A stretch of DNA of 64,000 nucleotides, taken from NCBI GenBank assembly GCA_963766035.1, contig CAVXYP010000014.1, positions 59,584 through 123,583 of the forward strand, given 5' to 3'. Of this stretch, positions 1 to 9,856 are shown one piece after another (the first letter of the stretch is position 1; every line of letters begins with the position of its first letter). This DNA comes from an uncultured Actinomycetota bacterium. GTDB taxonomy: Bacteria; Actinomycetota; Actinomycetes; Propionibacteriales; Nocardioidaceae. Under the pieces are notes generated by a model. It made no database searches. It saw nothing but the letters and a program-made list of their open reading frames with translations, and had not been told where the DNA came from. A program made the translations under genes and the position numbers.

Positions 1-585
1 AACGCCGGGTTCGTCCGGGACCGGATGCTCGTCAACGCCACCGAGGACGAGTGGGATGCCGTCATGCGGGTGCACCTCAAGGGCCACTTCGCGCCGCTGA
101 GGCATGCTGCGGCGTACTGGCGCGCGGAGTCGAAGGAACGCCGCCAGCGAGTCGCTCGCGTGATCAACACGACGTCGGGTGCCGGTCTGCAGGGCTCGAT
201 CGGCCAGGTCGCCTACTCCGCCGCCAAGGGTGGGATCGCGACCATGACCCTGGTCGCGGCAGCCGAGCTCGGTCGCGTCGGGGTGACCGTGAACGCGATC
301 GCCCCGGTGGCCAAGACCCGGATGACCGAGGGTGCTTTCGACACCTCCGAGATGGCGCTGCCCGAGGACAACTCGCCCATCGTGGCCTGGCTCGCATCGG
401 ACGAGGCCGGTGACGTCACCGGCCGCATCATCGAGATCGACGGGTCGCTGCTGACCGTCGAGAACGCCTGGGCTCACGGCCCGGCCGCCCGGGCGGACGC
501 CCGGTGGGTCGCCACCGACGTCGGCCCCGCGCTGCGCAAGCTCCTCGCTGAGGCGCCGACCCCGGAGCCGGTCTACGGCGCGTGA
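1..585 (+). CDS. SDR-family oxidoreductase (Hsd4A / MFE-2-like), 3' portion; 5' end lies left of the window
   Basis: Frame 1 is open from base 1 (tracked ORF 25..585 starts at an internal Met). NAGFVRDRML...HLKGHF and the catalytic YSAAKGG (YxxxK) are present, GC3 is very high, and TGA lies at 583-585. Confidence 0.8.
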   Translation, partial: NAGFVRDRMLVNATEDEWDAVMRVHLKGHFAPLRHAAAYWRAESKERRQRVARVINTTSGAGLQGSIGQVAYSAAKGGIATMTLVAAAELGRVGVTVNAIAPVAKTRMTEGAFDTSEMALPEDNSPIVAWLASDEAGDVTGRIIEIDGSLLTVENAWAHGPAARADARWVATDVGPALRKLLAEAPTPEPVYGA

Positions 586-720
586 GGCCCTGCGCTTCCC
601 AGCAGACCGGGCCGCGCTGTGGGAGGATCCTTGGCGGTTGGCCCCATCTCGACGCTCGTTGAGTCGGTTCCCCGGAGATGATCCAACCTCGATCACTTCC
701 AGGAACAGAGGAGCAGAACC

Positions 721-1002
721 ATGAAGAGGACCACGCTTGGTCTCGCCAGCATCGCTCTGGCGGCCGCGTTCTCCCTGAGCGCGTGCGGCGGAGAGGACGA
801 GGGCAAGCTCGCCAAGGAGTACTGCGACCTGCTCAAGGACAACGCAGAGGCCATCGAATCGGGCGACCCGGAGAAGGTGCAGGACGCGACCGACGCGCTC
901 CTGGAGTGGGCCGACGACAACAAGGACGTCGAGGGCGACGAGAAGGAGTTCGCGGACGCCGTCGAGGAGGAGTGCGGCGACCTTGCGGGGGACATCCCCT
1001 GA
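721..1002 (+). CDS. small secreted lipoprotein, unknown function
   Basis: 93-aa ORF. The N-terminus MKRTTLGLASIALAAAFSLSAC is a signal peptide with a lipobox. AGAGGAG lies 7 nt upstream of the ATG. The mature part is acidic. Confidence 0.7.
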   Translation: MKRTTLGLASIALAAAFSLSACGGEDEGKLAKEYCDLLKDNAEAIESGDPEKVQDATDALLEWADDNKDVEGDEKEFADAVEEECGDLAGDIP

Positions 1003-1018
1003 GGCATCAGCTGTCAGG

Positions 1019-1055
1019 CTCGCCGGGCATCCGATGACCGAGGGAGCCCGGCGAG
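1019..1055. terminator. hairpin between convergent genes (possible bidirectional terminator)
   Basis: CTCGCCGGGC (1019-1028) pairs perfectly with GCCCGGCGAG (1046-1055) across a 17-nt loop. It lies between the lipoprotein stop (1002) and the thiolase stop (1074). Confidence 0.45.
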
Positions 1056-1073
1056 GCCGGCTGACTTGAGGAG

Positions 1074-2359
<1,286 letters not shown>

Positions 2360-2406
2360 CCGGGTCCGCCCCATGCTGACCCGAGCGATCGAAAGGTTCC
2401 ACCGAC

Positions 2407-3651
2407 GTGACCGTTGTCAACTCCTTGCCCACCGACTTCGACTTCACCTCGCCCGACCTGATCATGGCGGGCGGCATCCCCCACGAGCAGTTCAAGGCAG
2501 CCCGTCAGAGCGAGCCGGTGCGGTGGGTCGAGCAGCCGCAGGGCTCGCGGGACGGCATGTCGCCCAGCGCCGGAACGGGCTACTGGGCCGTGACGAAGCA
2601 TGCCGACGTGTCAGCGGTGTCGAAGGACTCCAAGCGCTTCTCCAACATGGAGAACGGCGCGATCATCCGCTTCGCCGAGGGCATGGAGCGCGACCAGGTC
2701 GAGCTGCAGCGCGTGATGCTCATCAACCAGGACGATCCCGACCACGGAGTGTTCCGCCGCATCATCAGCCGTGGCTTCACCCCGCGCGCGATCGGTGGAC
2801 TCGACGAGCTGATGCAGAAGCGCGCCGTGCAGATCGTCAAGGACGCCAGCGAGCGTGGCACCGGCAACTTCGTCGACGAGGTCGCAGCCGAGCTGCCGCT
2901 CCAGGCGATCGCCGACTTCATCGGCGTGCCGCAGGAGGACCGCCACAAGCTCTTCCACTGGTCGAACCAGATGATGTCCTACGACGACCCCGAGGTGGAC
3001 GGCGAGCCGGACGTGGCTGCCGCCGAGATCCTCGGCTACGCCATGGGCCTGGCTGCCGAGCGGAAGTCAACGCCGCGCGACGACATCATCACGAAGCTGA
3101 TCACCGCCGACCAGGACGGGCGCGGCCTGACCGACGACGAGTTCGGCTACTTCGTGATCATGCTGGCGGTCGCGGGCAACGAGACGACCCGCAATGCCAT
3201 CACGCACGGCATGAACGCGTTCTTCGACCACCCGGACCAGTGGGAGCTCTACAAGCGGGAGCGGCCGGAGACGGCGATCGACGAGATCATCCGTTGGGCG
3301 ACCCCCGTGCTCTGCTTCCAGCGCACGGCGCTCGAGGACGTCGAGCTCGGTGGCGCAGCGGTGAAGAAGGGCGAGCGCGTCGGCATCTTCTACTCGAGCG
3401 GCAACTTCGACGAGGAGGTCTTCGAGGACCCGTTCTCGTTCAACGTCCTGCGCGACCCGAACCCGCACTTGTCCTTCGGTGGCCATGGCGCCCACTACTG
3501 CATCGGCGCCAACCTGGCGCGCAAGGAGGTCAGCTTCATGTTCAACGCGCTGGCCGACCACGTCCCGGACATCACCAGGCTCGCGGAGCCGCGTCGCCTG
3601 CGCCATGGTTGGATCCACGGCATCAAGGATCTTCAGGTCGCCTACAAGTAG
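2407..3651 (+). CDS. cyp125: cytochrome P450, steroid C26-monooxygenase (CYP125-like), copy 1
   Basis: 414 aa. Heme loop FGGHGAHYCIGANLAR, I-helix AVAGNETTRN, C-terminal RLRHGWIHGIKDLQV as in CYP125. GTG start. Confidence 0.85.
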   Translation: MTVVNSLPTDFDFTSPDLIMAGGIPHEQFKAARQSEPVRWVEQPQGSRDGMSPSAGTGYWAVTKHADVSAVSKDSKRFSNMENGAIIRFAEGMERDQVELQRVMLINQDDPDHGVFRRIISRGFTPRAIGGLDELMQKRAVQIVKDASERGTGNFVDEVAAELPLQAIADFIGVPQEDRHKLFHWSNQMMSYDDPEVDGEPDVAAAEILGYAMGLAAERKSTPRDDIITKLITADQDGRGLTDDEFGYFVIMLAVAGNETTRNAITHGMNAFFDHPDQWELYKRERPETAIDEIIRWATPVLCFQRTALEDVELGGAAVKKGERVGIFYSSGNFDEEVFEDPFSFNVLRDPNPHLSFGGHGAHYCIGANLARKEVSFMFNALADHVPDITRLAEPRRLRHGWIHGIKDLQVAYK

Positions 3652-3658
3652 GAGTGTG

Positions 3659-4900
3659 ATGGCCGCCGATCAGGAGATCAGGGACTTCGACTTCACCGAT
3701 CCCGACGTCAACTGGGCGGCGGTTCCGCACGACCGGTTCCGCGAGCTGCGTCGTACGACGCCCGTCGCGTGGGTCCAGCAGCGACCGGGTGCGTACGACG
3801 GCTTCGCGTCCGCCTCGGGTTCTGGCTACTGGGCGCTGACCGGCCACGCGGAGGTGGCCGCCGTCTCCAAGGACAGCAAGCGATTCTCGAACGCCGAGAA
3901 CGGCGCGATCATCCGGTTCCCCGAGGGCATGGACCGGGCGTCGATCGAGCTGCAGCGGGTGATGATCCTCAACCAGGATCCGCCCGAGCACACGGCGATG
4001 CGGCACATCGTGTCCCGAGCGTTCACGCCGCGATCGATCGCACAGCTCGAGCAGGTCATGCGTGACCGCGCGCACCGGATCGTCACGGAGGCGGTTGAAC
4101 GCGGCTCGGGTGACTTCGTCGAGGAGGTGGCCGCCGAGCTGCCGCTGCAGGCGATCGCGGACCTGCTCGGCGTACCCCAGGAGGACCGCAAGAAGCTCTT
4201 CCACTGGTCCAACCAGATGCTGGCCAACGAGGACCCCGACTTCGCCGAGGTCGACGGCCAGGAGTCCGCCGCCGAGGTGCTCATGTATGCGATGGCGATG
4301 GCCGCCGACCGCAAGGCCGCCCCGCGGGACGACATCGTCACCCGGCTGCTGGAGGCCGACAAGGATGGTCGTGGGCTCAACGACGACGAGTTCGGCTACT
4401 TCGTGATCATCCTCGCGGTCGCCGGCAACGAGACCACCCGCAACGCGATCAGTCACGGCATGAACGCGTTCCTCGACAACCCGGACCAGTGGGACCTGTG
4501 GAAACGCGAGCGGCCCGACACGATGATCGACGAGGTCGTCCGGTGGGCCACGCCGGTCACGGTCTTCCAGCGCACCGCGCTCACCGACGTCGAGGTCGGG
4601 GGAGTGCCGGTGAAGGAGGGACAGCGGGTCGGGCTGTTCTACGCCTCGGCGAACTTCGACGAGACCGTGTTCGACGACCCGTTCCGGTTCGACATCCTGC
4701 GCGACCCCAACCCGCACGTGGGGTTCGGCGGCCACGGCGCCCACTACTGCCTCGGCGCGAACCTCGCCCGCCAGGAGATCAGGCTGATCTTCAACGCGCT
4801 CGCTGACCTGGCACCCGACATCACCAAGGTCGCCGAGCCGAAGCGCCTCCGGCACGGGTGGATCAACGGGATCAAGGAGCTCCAGGTCCGCTACGCCTAG
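3659..4900 (+). CDS. cyp125: cytochrome P450, CYP125-like, copy 2 (tandem paralogue)
   Basis: The tracked ORF 3479..4900 overlaps copy 1. The in-frame ATG at 3659 (MAADQEIRDFDF) aligns with the copy-1 N-terminus, and AGGAG lies at 3650-3654. Heme loop FGGHGAHYCLGANLAR. Confidence 0.85.
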   Translation: MAADQEIRDFDFTDPDVNWAAVPHDRFRELRRTTPVAWVQQRPGAYDGFASASGSGYWALTGHAEVAAVSKDSKRFSNAENGAIIRFPEGMDRASIELQRVMILNQDPPEHTAMRHIVSRAFTPRSIAQLEQVMRDRAHRIVTEAVERGSGDFVEEVAAELPLQAIADLLGVPQEDRKKLFHWSNQMLANEDPDFAEVDGQESAAEVLMYAMAMAADRKAAPRDDIVTRLLEADKDGRGLNDDEFGYFVIILAVAGNETTRNAISHGMNAFLDNPDQWDLWKRERPDTMIDEVVRWATPVTVFQRTALTDVEVGGVPVKEGQRVGLFYASANFDETVFDDPFRFDILRDPNPHVGFGGHGAHYCLGANLARQEIRLIFNALADLAPDITKVAEPKRLRHGWINGIKELQVRYA

Positions 4901-5029
4901 GACGCGGGCCAGACCTGGCACATGGTCAGCCCACGCTGACCGGCCCGACGTACTCGCGTGTTGGTGGTCGACAGCGGTCCGCGGCGCTAACGTTGGTCGC
5001 AGATCCGTCAGCCCCTCAGGAGCCGCGTC

Positions 5030-5182
5030 ATGAGTGACACCGACACCGAGAAGTTCCCGGGATACTCCGAGAACCGCTACCAGCACACCATGCACACCTA
5101 TGCGTGGGTCTCGCTCTGGCTCATCGTCGGCATCGGTGTCGCGTTCGGCGTCTTCGGCTTCATCCACGGCCTCTCCAACTAG
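5030..5182 (+). CDS. 50-aa single-pass membrane microprotein, unknown function (below the ORF-track cutoff)
   Basis: Read by hand: MSDTDTEKFPGYSENRYQHTMHTYAWVSLWLIVGIGVAFGVFGFIHGLSN, TAG at 5180-5182. AGGAG lies 7 nt upstream. About 90% GC3, and there is one clear TM helix. Confidence 0.6.
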   Translation: MSDTDTEKFPGYSENRYQHTMHTYAWVSLWLIVGIGVAFGVFGFIHGLSN

Positions 5183-5233
5183 TTGGGGCGAGTCGCGCGA
5201 CTTCTCCACAAGTTGCCGATCGATTAGTGACAT

Positions 5234-5256
5234 TCGAACTGGCGTTCGAGTAGAAT
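5234..5256 (+). promoter_or_regulatory. LexA SOS box TCGAAC-TGGC-GTTCGA (5234-5249) followed by -10-like TAGAAT (5251-5256)
   Basis: Perfect match to the actinobacterial SOS box TCGAAC-N4-GTTCGA. TAGAAT ends 6 nt before the ATG at 5263, which implies a leaderless transcript. Confidence 0.7.
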
Positions 5257-5262
5257 GTCAGC

Positions 5263-6726
5263 ATGGAGCCCGACGACCTGACCGCTCTCGATGCGACCGG
5301 CACCCTGGCCGCCGTCGAGGCGCGGGTGCGTGCGCGGCGGACGGGCGAGATCGAGGACCTGCTGTTGGTGGCGCAGTGGTGCGACCTGCACTCGCTGGAC
5401 CCGCAGGCGGTGCCGGGCGCAGCGCCGCGCAGTCGGGGAGGCGACCGGCTGCTGCAGATCGGGGGCGAGGGCAGCCCGGAGGTGGCCGAGCTCTGTTTCG
5501 AGGAGCTCGCGATCGCTCGTCGGTCCGGTGACATCGCCACCCAGCACTATGCGGCTGACGTGCTGGACCTGCGACACCGGCTGCCCGGCGTGTGGGCAGC
5601 GTTGCATCAGCTTCAGCTCGATGCCTGGGTGGCGCTGAAGGTCGCGCGAATGTCCCGCAAGTTGGGCAAGGACCAGGTCTCGGTGGTCGACGCGGCCGTC
5701 AGCGCGGCGGTGCACCAGCCGGCCGTCAAGCTGCTGGCGATCGCGGAGGCCAAGGTCATCGAGGCCGACCCCGAGCTGCACCGGGCCAAGCTGGCCGAGG
5801 ACGCCCGTCGCACCGGAGTGTGGACATCCCGACCCCGTCCTGGCGACATGGTCGACGACCTCACCGGCGAGCCGGCCACTCTGCGGATGAGCGCCAAGCT
5901 GTCGGGTGGTGCGGTGCTGCGTGGCAAGGAGACCATCGACGTCCTGGCCGAGGCGATCTTCGACAGCACCCCGCCCGACGAGCACGGCGACCGGCCCTCG
6001 AGCGACGAGTGCCGGGCATCCGCCTTCGAGCTGCTGATCACCGATCCCAGCCAGGCAGCGGACCTCCTGGCCTCGCTGGACGCCGATCCCACCGCCGATC
6101 CCGCAGTCGATCCCGCAGTCGATCCATCAGCAGACCCCGCTCCTGCCGCGACCAAGCCGCGCCGCAAGCGCAAGCCCGCCACCATCGTGGTCCACCTCAC
6201 CGACCAGGTCCTGGGGGGCGCTGCCGGTGTCGCTCGGGTCGAGGAGATCGGCCCGGTCCTCCTCGAGCAGCTTGCTGAGCTGCTGGATGGCCGGGAGCTG
6301 GTGGTGCAGCCGGTGATCGACCTCAACAAGGTCGTGGCGGTCAACGGCTACGAGCACCCCACCGCGGTCAAGGAACGCACCCTGCTGCGCACCCACGGCG
6401 ACGTGTTCCCCCACTCCACCAACCGCGGCCTGGCCCGGCTCGATCACGACCACCCCACGCCCTACGACCCGCAGGGACCGCCCGGCCAGACCGGCGACCT
6501 CAACGACGCACCCCTGACCCGCCGGCACCATCGGGCGAAAACGCACCTGCCCTACGAGTGCCGGCAGCTGGCCCTGGGCGCCTACCGCTGGATCAGCCCC
6601 CACGGACTGGCCCGGATCGTCACCCCGAGCGGGACCAGGCGGATCGAGATCCTCCGAGATCCCGGCGGCCGCGTCATGGGCGAGATCTACGACGGTCCTC
6701 GGATCGAGTTCCACCTCAGGACCTGA
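5263..6726 (+). mobile_element. DUF222 / HNH endonuclease (REP13E12-family-like protein)
   Basis: 487 aa. The N-terminal DUF222-type region has ATGTLAAVEARVRARRTGEIEDLLLVAQWCDLHS. The C-terminal HNH-like region has HDHPTPY...RRHHRAKTH. No flanking inverted repeats were seen. Confidence 0.75.
6082..6141 (+). repeat. in-frame 12-bp tandem repeat x5 encoding (A/V)DPx
   Basis: Units GCCGATCCCACC / GCCGATCCCGCA / GTCGATCCCGCA / GTCGATCCATCA / GCAGACCCCGCT give ADPT-ADPA-VDPA-VDPS-ADPA inside the DUF222 gene. Confidence 0.85.
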
Positions 6727-6752
6727 GCGCACGCCGATGCAGACTGTCCGGC

Positions 6753-7463
6753 ATGACGAGATTCGAGGATCAAGACCTGACGGACGCCGAGTTCCGCGAG
6801 TGCGACCTGACTCGGGCCCGTCTGATCGGGGTCGTGATGCAGGATGCCGTCATCGACGGGCTGGTCAGCAATCTGGTGGTCAACGGGGTCGAGGTGATGT
6901 CGTACGTCGAGGCCGAGCTGGACCGGCGGCATCCGGTGCGGCCGCTGATGCGATCGACCGACCCGGCCGATCTGCGGAAAGCCGAGCGGGACCTCCGGGC
7001 CCGCTGGGCGGCAACGATCGCGCGCCTCCGCAGCACCGCCCAGGGGTTGGAGCATCAGCGGGTCGGCGGCGAATGGTCGGCGGTGGAGACCCTGCGCCAT
7101 CTGGTCTTCGTGCACGACTCATGGTTCCGTCGCTGCTGCCTGGGATCACCTCAGCCCTTCACCGCCATCGGGTTGGCAACGGACTTCGTGCCCGACCAGG
7201 AGGAGCAAGGCCTGGATCGAGCTGCGGCACCTGACCTCGACCAAGTGTTGTCGGTGCGTGACGAGCAGGCCGCCGAGCTGGAGCGATGGATGGCGAGCGT
7301 GACGGCCGATGAGCTGGCGGCGGTCGCGCCGGTGCCTGCCGGACCCGGCTGGCCGCCGTACGCCGCGGGGAAGACGGTGCTCGAGTGTCTGCACGTGGTC
7401 CTGAACGAGGAGTGGGCGCACCACGGGTTCTGCGTGCGCGACCTCGATCTGCTGGAGGGGTGA
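6753..7463 (+). CDS. pentapeptide-repeat + DinB-family (DinB_2-like) protein
   Basis: The in-frame ATG at 6753 (MTRFEDQDLTDAEFRECDLTRARL) opens a pentapeptide-like N-terminus. A helical bundle with conserved His follows (LRHLVFVHDSW...NEEWAHHGF). The tracked ORF upstream of 6753 overlaps the DUF222 gene. Confidence 0.65.
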   Translation: MTRFEDQDLTDAEFRECDLTRARLIGVVMQDAVIDGLVSNLVVNGVEVMSYVEAELDRRHPVRPLMRSTDPADLRKAERDLRARWAATIARLRSTAQGLEHQRVGGEWSAVETLRHLVFVHDSWFRRCCLGSPQPFTAIGLATDFVPDQEEQGLDRAAAPDLDQVLSVRDEQAAELERWMASVTADELAAVAPVPAGPGWPPYAAGKTVLECLHVVLNEEWAHHGFCVRDLDLLEG

Positions 7464-7874
7464 CCTCCCGCGGCGACGCCAAGAGATTCTGCGAGGTATG
7501 TGATTCGATCAGGCTGGCCGATCAGGTCCGTCCAGATCGCTTCTCGCCCGTCGCCGGGGTCCGGTTGGGGTGCCGTAGTACCAAGCCCGTGAGAGACGGT
7601 GGACGTGAGCGACGTCGCACGCGGCACGATCGTTGACGAGCTTCAAGCAGAAGTCGTTGCCCATGAACCGATACAAGCAGGCACAGGCGAGCCTGGGAGA
7701 TCATCGGCATCAGCGCGCGCGCGCGAGGTGCGGCAGAAGCGTGCTGCTCCGCGAGCACGATGCAGGGACTGACGATGAGCCAGGGCCCCCAACCGCTCTT
7801 GACGCAAAGCGCGTCACGCTGATTAGCGGACGAATGGCGGCCGAAGAGCGACGTCTCCGACGGTGCCTCTGAGG

Positions 7875-9611
7875 TCATGCAAGCCAGGCTGGGATGGTGA
7901 GTTGGCCGACGTGGTTGCGTCCCCAGCACACCGGTGTGCCGGTGACTCGGACACCGCAGGAGTGGTTGGTGCCGACGCTGATGGACAGGAAGCCCCCGAA
8001 CGGCGGACTGGCCTTGCCGTAACCGTTGGCACCCCAGCAGAGGAGGTAGTTGCTGGCAGCCTTGATGGCGCAGGTGTGGTTGCCCCGAGCGCTGATCGAG
8101 ATGAACGTGTTGTTTGGGACGTCGAGCTGCTCAAGATTATTAGCGCCCCAACACCTCACGGTGCCGGCCACCGTCAGGGCGCAGGTGTGGTTGGTGCCCG
8201 CAGAGACCTGGGTCCAGTCGGTGCCAGCCGGTGCGGTGGCTTGACCGCTGGCGTTCAGGCCCCAGCAGGCGAGGGTGCCGTTGGAGCGCAGGGCGCAGGT
8301 GTGGTTGCCGCCGGCGGAGACCTGGGTGAAGGCATTGGTGGGTGCGGTGGACTGGCCGTTGGCGTTGGCGCCCCAGCACACCGCCGCGCCGTTGGTGCGC
8401 AGGGCACAGGTGTGGTTGCCGCCGGTGGAGACCTGTGTGGCGGCGAGGTTGAGCGGCGGGGTGGCCTCACCGCTGGTGTTGATCCCCCAGCAGCGCACCG
8501 TTCCGTTGACACGGACCCCGCAGGCGTGGCCACCGCCGTCGGACAGCGAGGTGAACGCGCCGCCGGGCGTGTCGGCAACCACCGGGTCACCATCAGCACC
8601 CCAACACGTCACCGTGGCGCCGCCGCCAAGCCCACAGGTGCTCTCCGCGCCAGCGCTGATCGCCGGGACGGTCAATACATCGAGGGGCGCATCAGTCTGT
8701 CCATCGTAGTTGGCGCCCCAGCAGGTAGCGGTGCCGTCGGTGCGCACACCACAGGTGTGAGCGGAGCCGGCACTGAGGGTGGTGAAGGTCCCGGATGGCT
8801 CGGACGTCTGGCCGTCGTTGTTGTATCCCCAGCAAATGACGGTTCCGTTGGAACGCAGGCCACAGGCGTGAAAGCTGCCAGCAGTGAGAGAGGTAAACGC
8901 CGCGGCGGACGGTGTGGACTGCCCCTCTGCGTTTCCACCCCAGCACACGGCGACGCCGTTGGTGCGCAGCCCACAGGTGAAGTCGGCGCCGGCAGCAAGG
9001 GCGGTGAAGGTCCCGGCAGGAGCGGCGATCTGACCCTTATTGTTGTATCCCCAACAGGAGGCGGTGCCGTTGGTGCGCAGCCCACAGGTGTGGTACCTGC
9101 CAGCACTGAGGGCGGTGAAGGACCCGGCAGGTGAAACCGTCTGGTTGACACCATTGTCACCCCAGCACTTGACATTTCCATCCGAGCGCAGCCCACAGGT
9201 GTGGTAGCCGCCAGCCTCAAGGGCGATGAAGGCGCCAGCGCGATACCCTGGACTACTTTGGCCATAGGTGTCGTCGCCCCAGCAGGTGGCTGTGCCGGTA
9301 GGGCGCAATCCACAGGTGTGGGAGACGCCGGCGGTCAGGGTGGTGAACGCCCCTGCTGGGGGTGTGATCTGACCGTAGTTGTTGAGACCCCAGCAGGTGG
9401 CGGTGCCGTCAGAACGCAGACCACACGTGTGGTCCTGACCCGCGTCGATCCGGGTAACCAGCCCGTTGGCGGCTGCCACCACCGGCCCGGCGCCTACAGC
9501 GCCGCCCCCCACTGGGGTAGCTCCCGCACCAGGAGGCGTCGCCGCGAATACGCCGACAAGAAGAACGAATGCCGCTAGGACAGTGCCGGCGAGACGCGAG
9601 ACCTGATTCAT
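7875..9611 (-). CDS. exported RCC1-like repeat protein (14 tandem 37-39-aa repeats)
   Basis: Internal ATG at 9611 of the tracked 7875..11120 ORF. Signal peptide MNQVSRLAGTVLAAFVLLVGVFAATPPGAGA. It is followed by 14 units of F-x-x-L/V-x-AG-x-x-H-T-C-G/A-L/V-R-x-x-G-x-x-x-C-W-G-x-N-x-x-G-Q. Confidence 0.8.
   Translation of the reverse strand: MNQVSRLAGTVLAAFVLLVGVFAATPPGAGATPVGGGAVGAGPVVAAANGLVTRIDAGQDHTCGLRSDGTATCWGLNNYGQITPPAGAFTTLTAGVSHTCGLRPTGTATCWGDDTYGQSSPGYRAGAFIALEAGGYHTCGLRSDGNVKCWGDNGVNQTVSPAGSFTALSAGRYHTCGLRTNGTASCWGYNNKGQIAAPAGTFTALAAGADFTCGLRTNGVAVCWGGNAEGQSTPSAAAFTSLTAGSFHACGLRSNGTVICWGYNNDGQTSEPSGTFTTLSAGSAHTCGVRTDGTATCWGANYDGQTDAPLDVLTVPAISAGAESTCGLGGGATVTCWGADGDPVVADTPGGAFTSLSDGGGHACGVRVNGTVRCWGINTSGEATPPLNLAATQVSTGGNHTCALRTNGAAVCWGANANGQSTAPTNAFTQVSAGGNHTCALRSNGTLACWGLNASGQATAPAGTDWTQVSAGTNHTCALTVAGTVRCWGANNLEQLDVPNNTFISISARGNHTCAIKAASNYLLCWGANGYGKASPPFGGFLSISVGTNHSCGVRVTGTPVCWGRNHVGQLTIPAWLA
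7878..9458 (-). repeat. DNA-level tandem repeats of about 111-117 bp underlying the RCC1-like units
   Basis: The plus-strand core CCCCAGCA..GTGCCGT..CGCAG.CCACAGGTGTG recurs about 14 times. Confidence 0.7.
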
Positions 9612-9670
9612 CGTGGGGACCCCATGATCCATAAATGGTTCACGCATCGTCACAGATTCCGCAGCGCCAC

Positions 9671-9686
9671 CGTCACAAAAGTGACG
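9671..9686. promoter_or_regulatory. 16-bp palindrome CGTCAC-AAAA-GTGACG upstream of the RCC1-like gene
   Basis: Perfect 6-bp arms, 60-75 nt upstream of the ATG at 9611, in a lower-GC 245-bp gap. Confidence 0.35.
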
Positions 9687-9856
9687 AAGTCGACCCGACC
9701 GGCCCGAGAGCCGGGCTCCCTGCAAATACCGACGCTCGCAACTCGGCGGTAGGGGACGCATCGAGCGCACCGACAGGCGGCGAACGGGCCAGCCGCTTCG
9801 GGCGCAATGCGACACTCCGTCGGCCGCCCTTGTGGGCAAACGTGCAGCGAAAGCGA

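Noticed and set aside
7522-7929. Tracked ORFs 7522..7929(-) and 7633..7872(+) as intact genes
   Set aside because: Codon bias is patchy and switches frame, and the plus-strand ORF is the antisense shadow. The region is reported only as possible decayed remnants.
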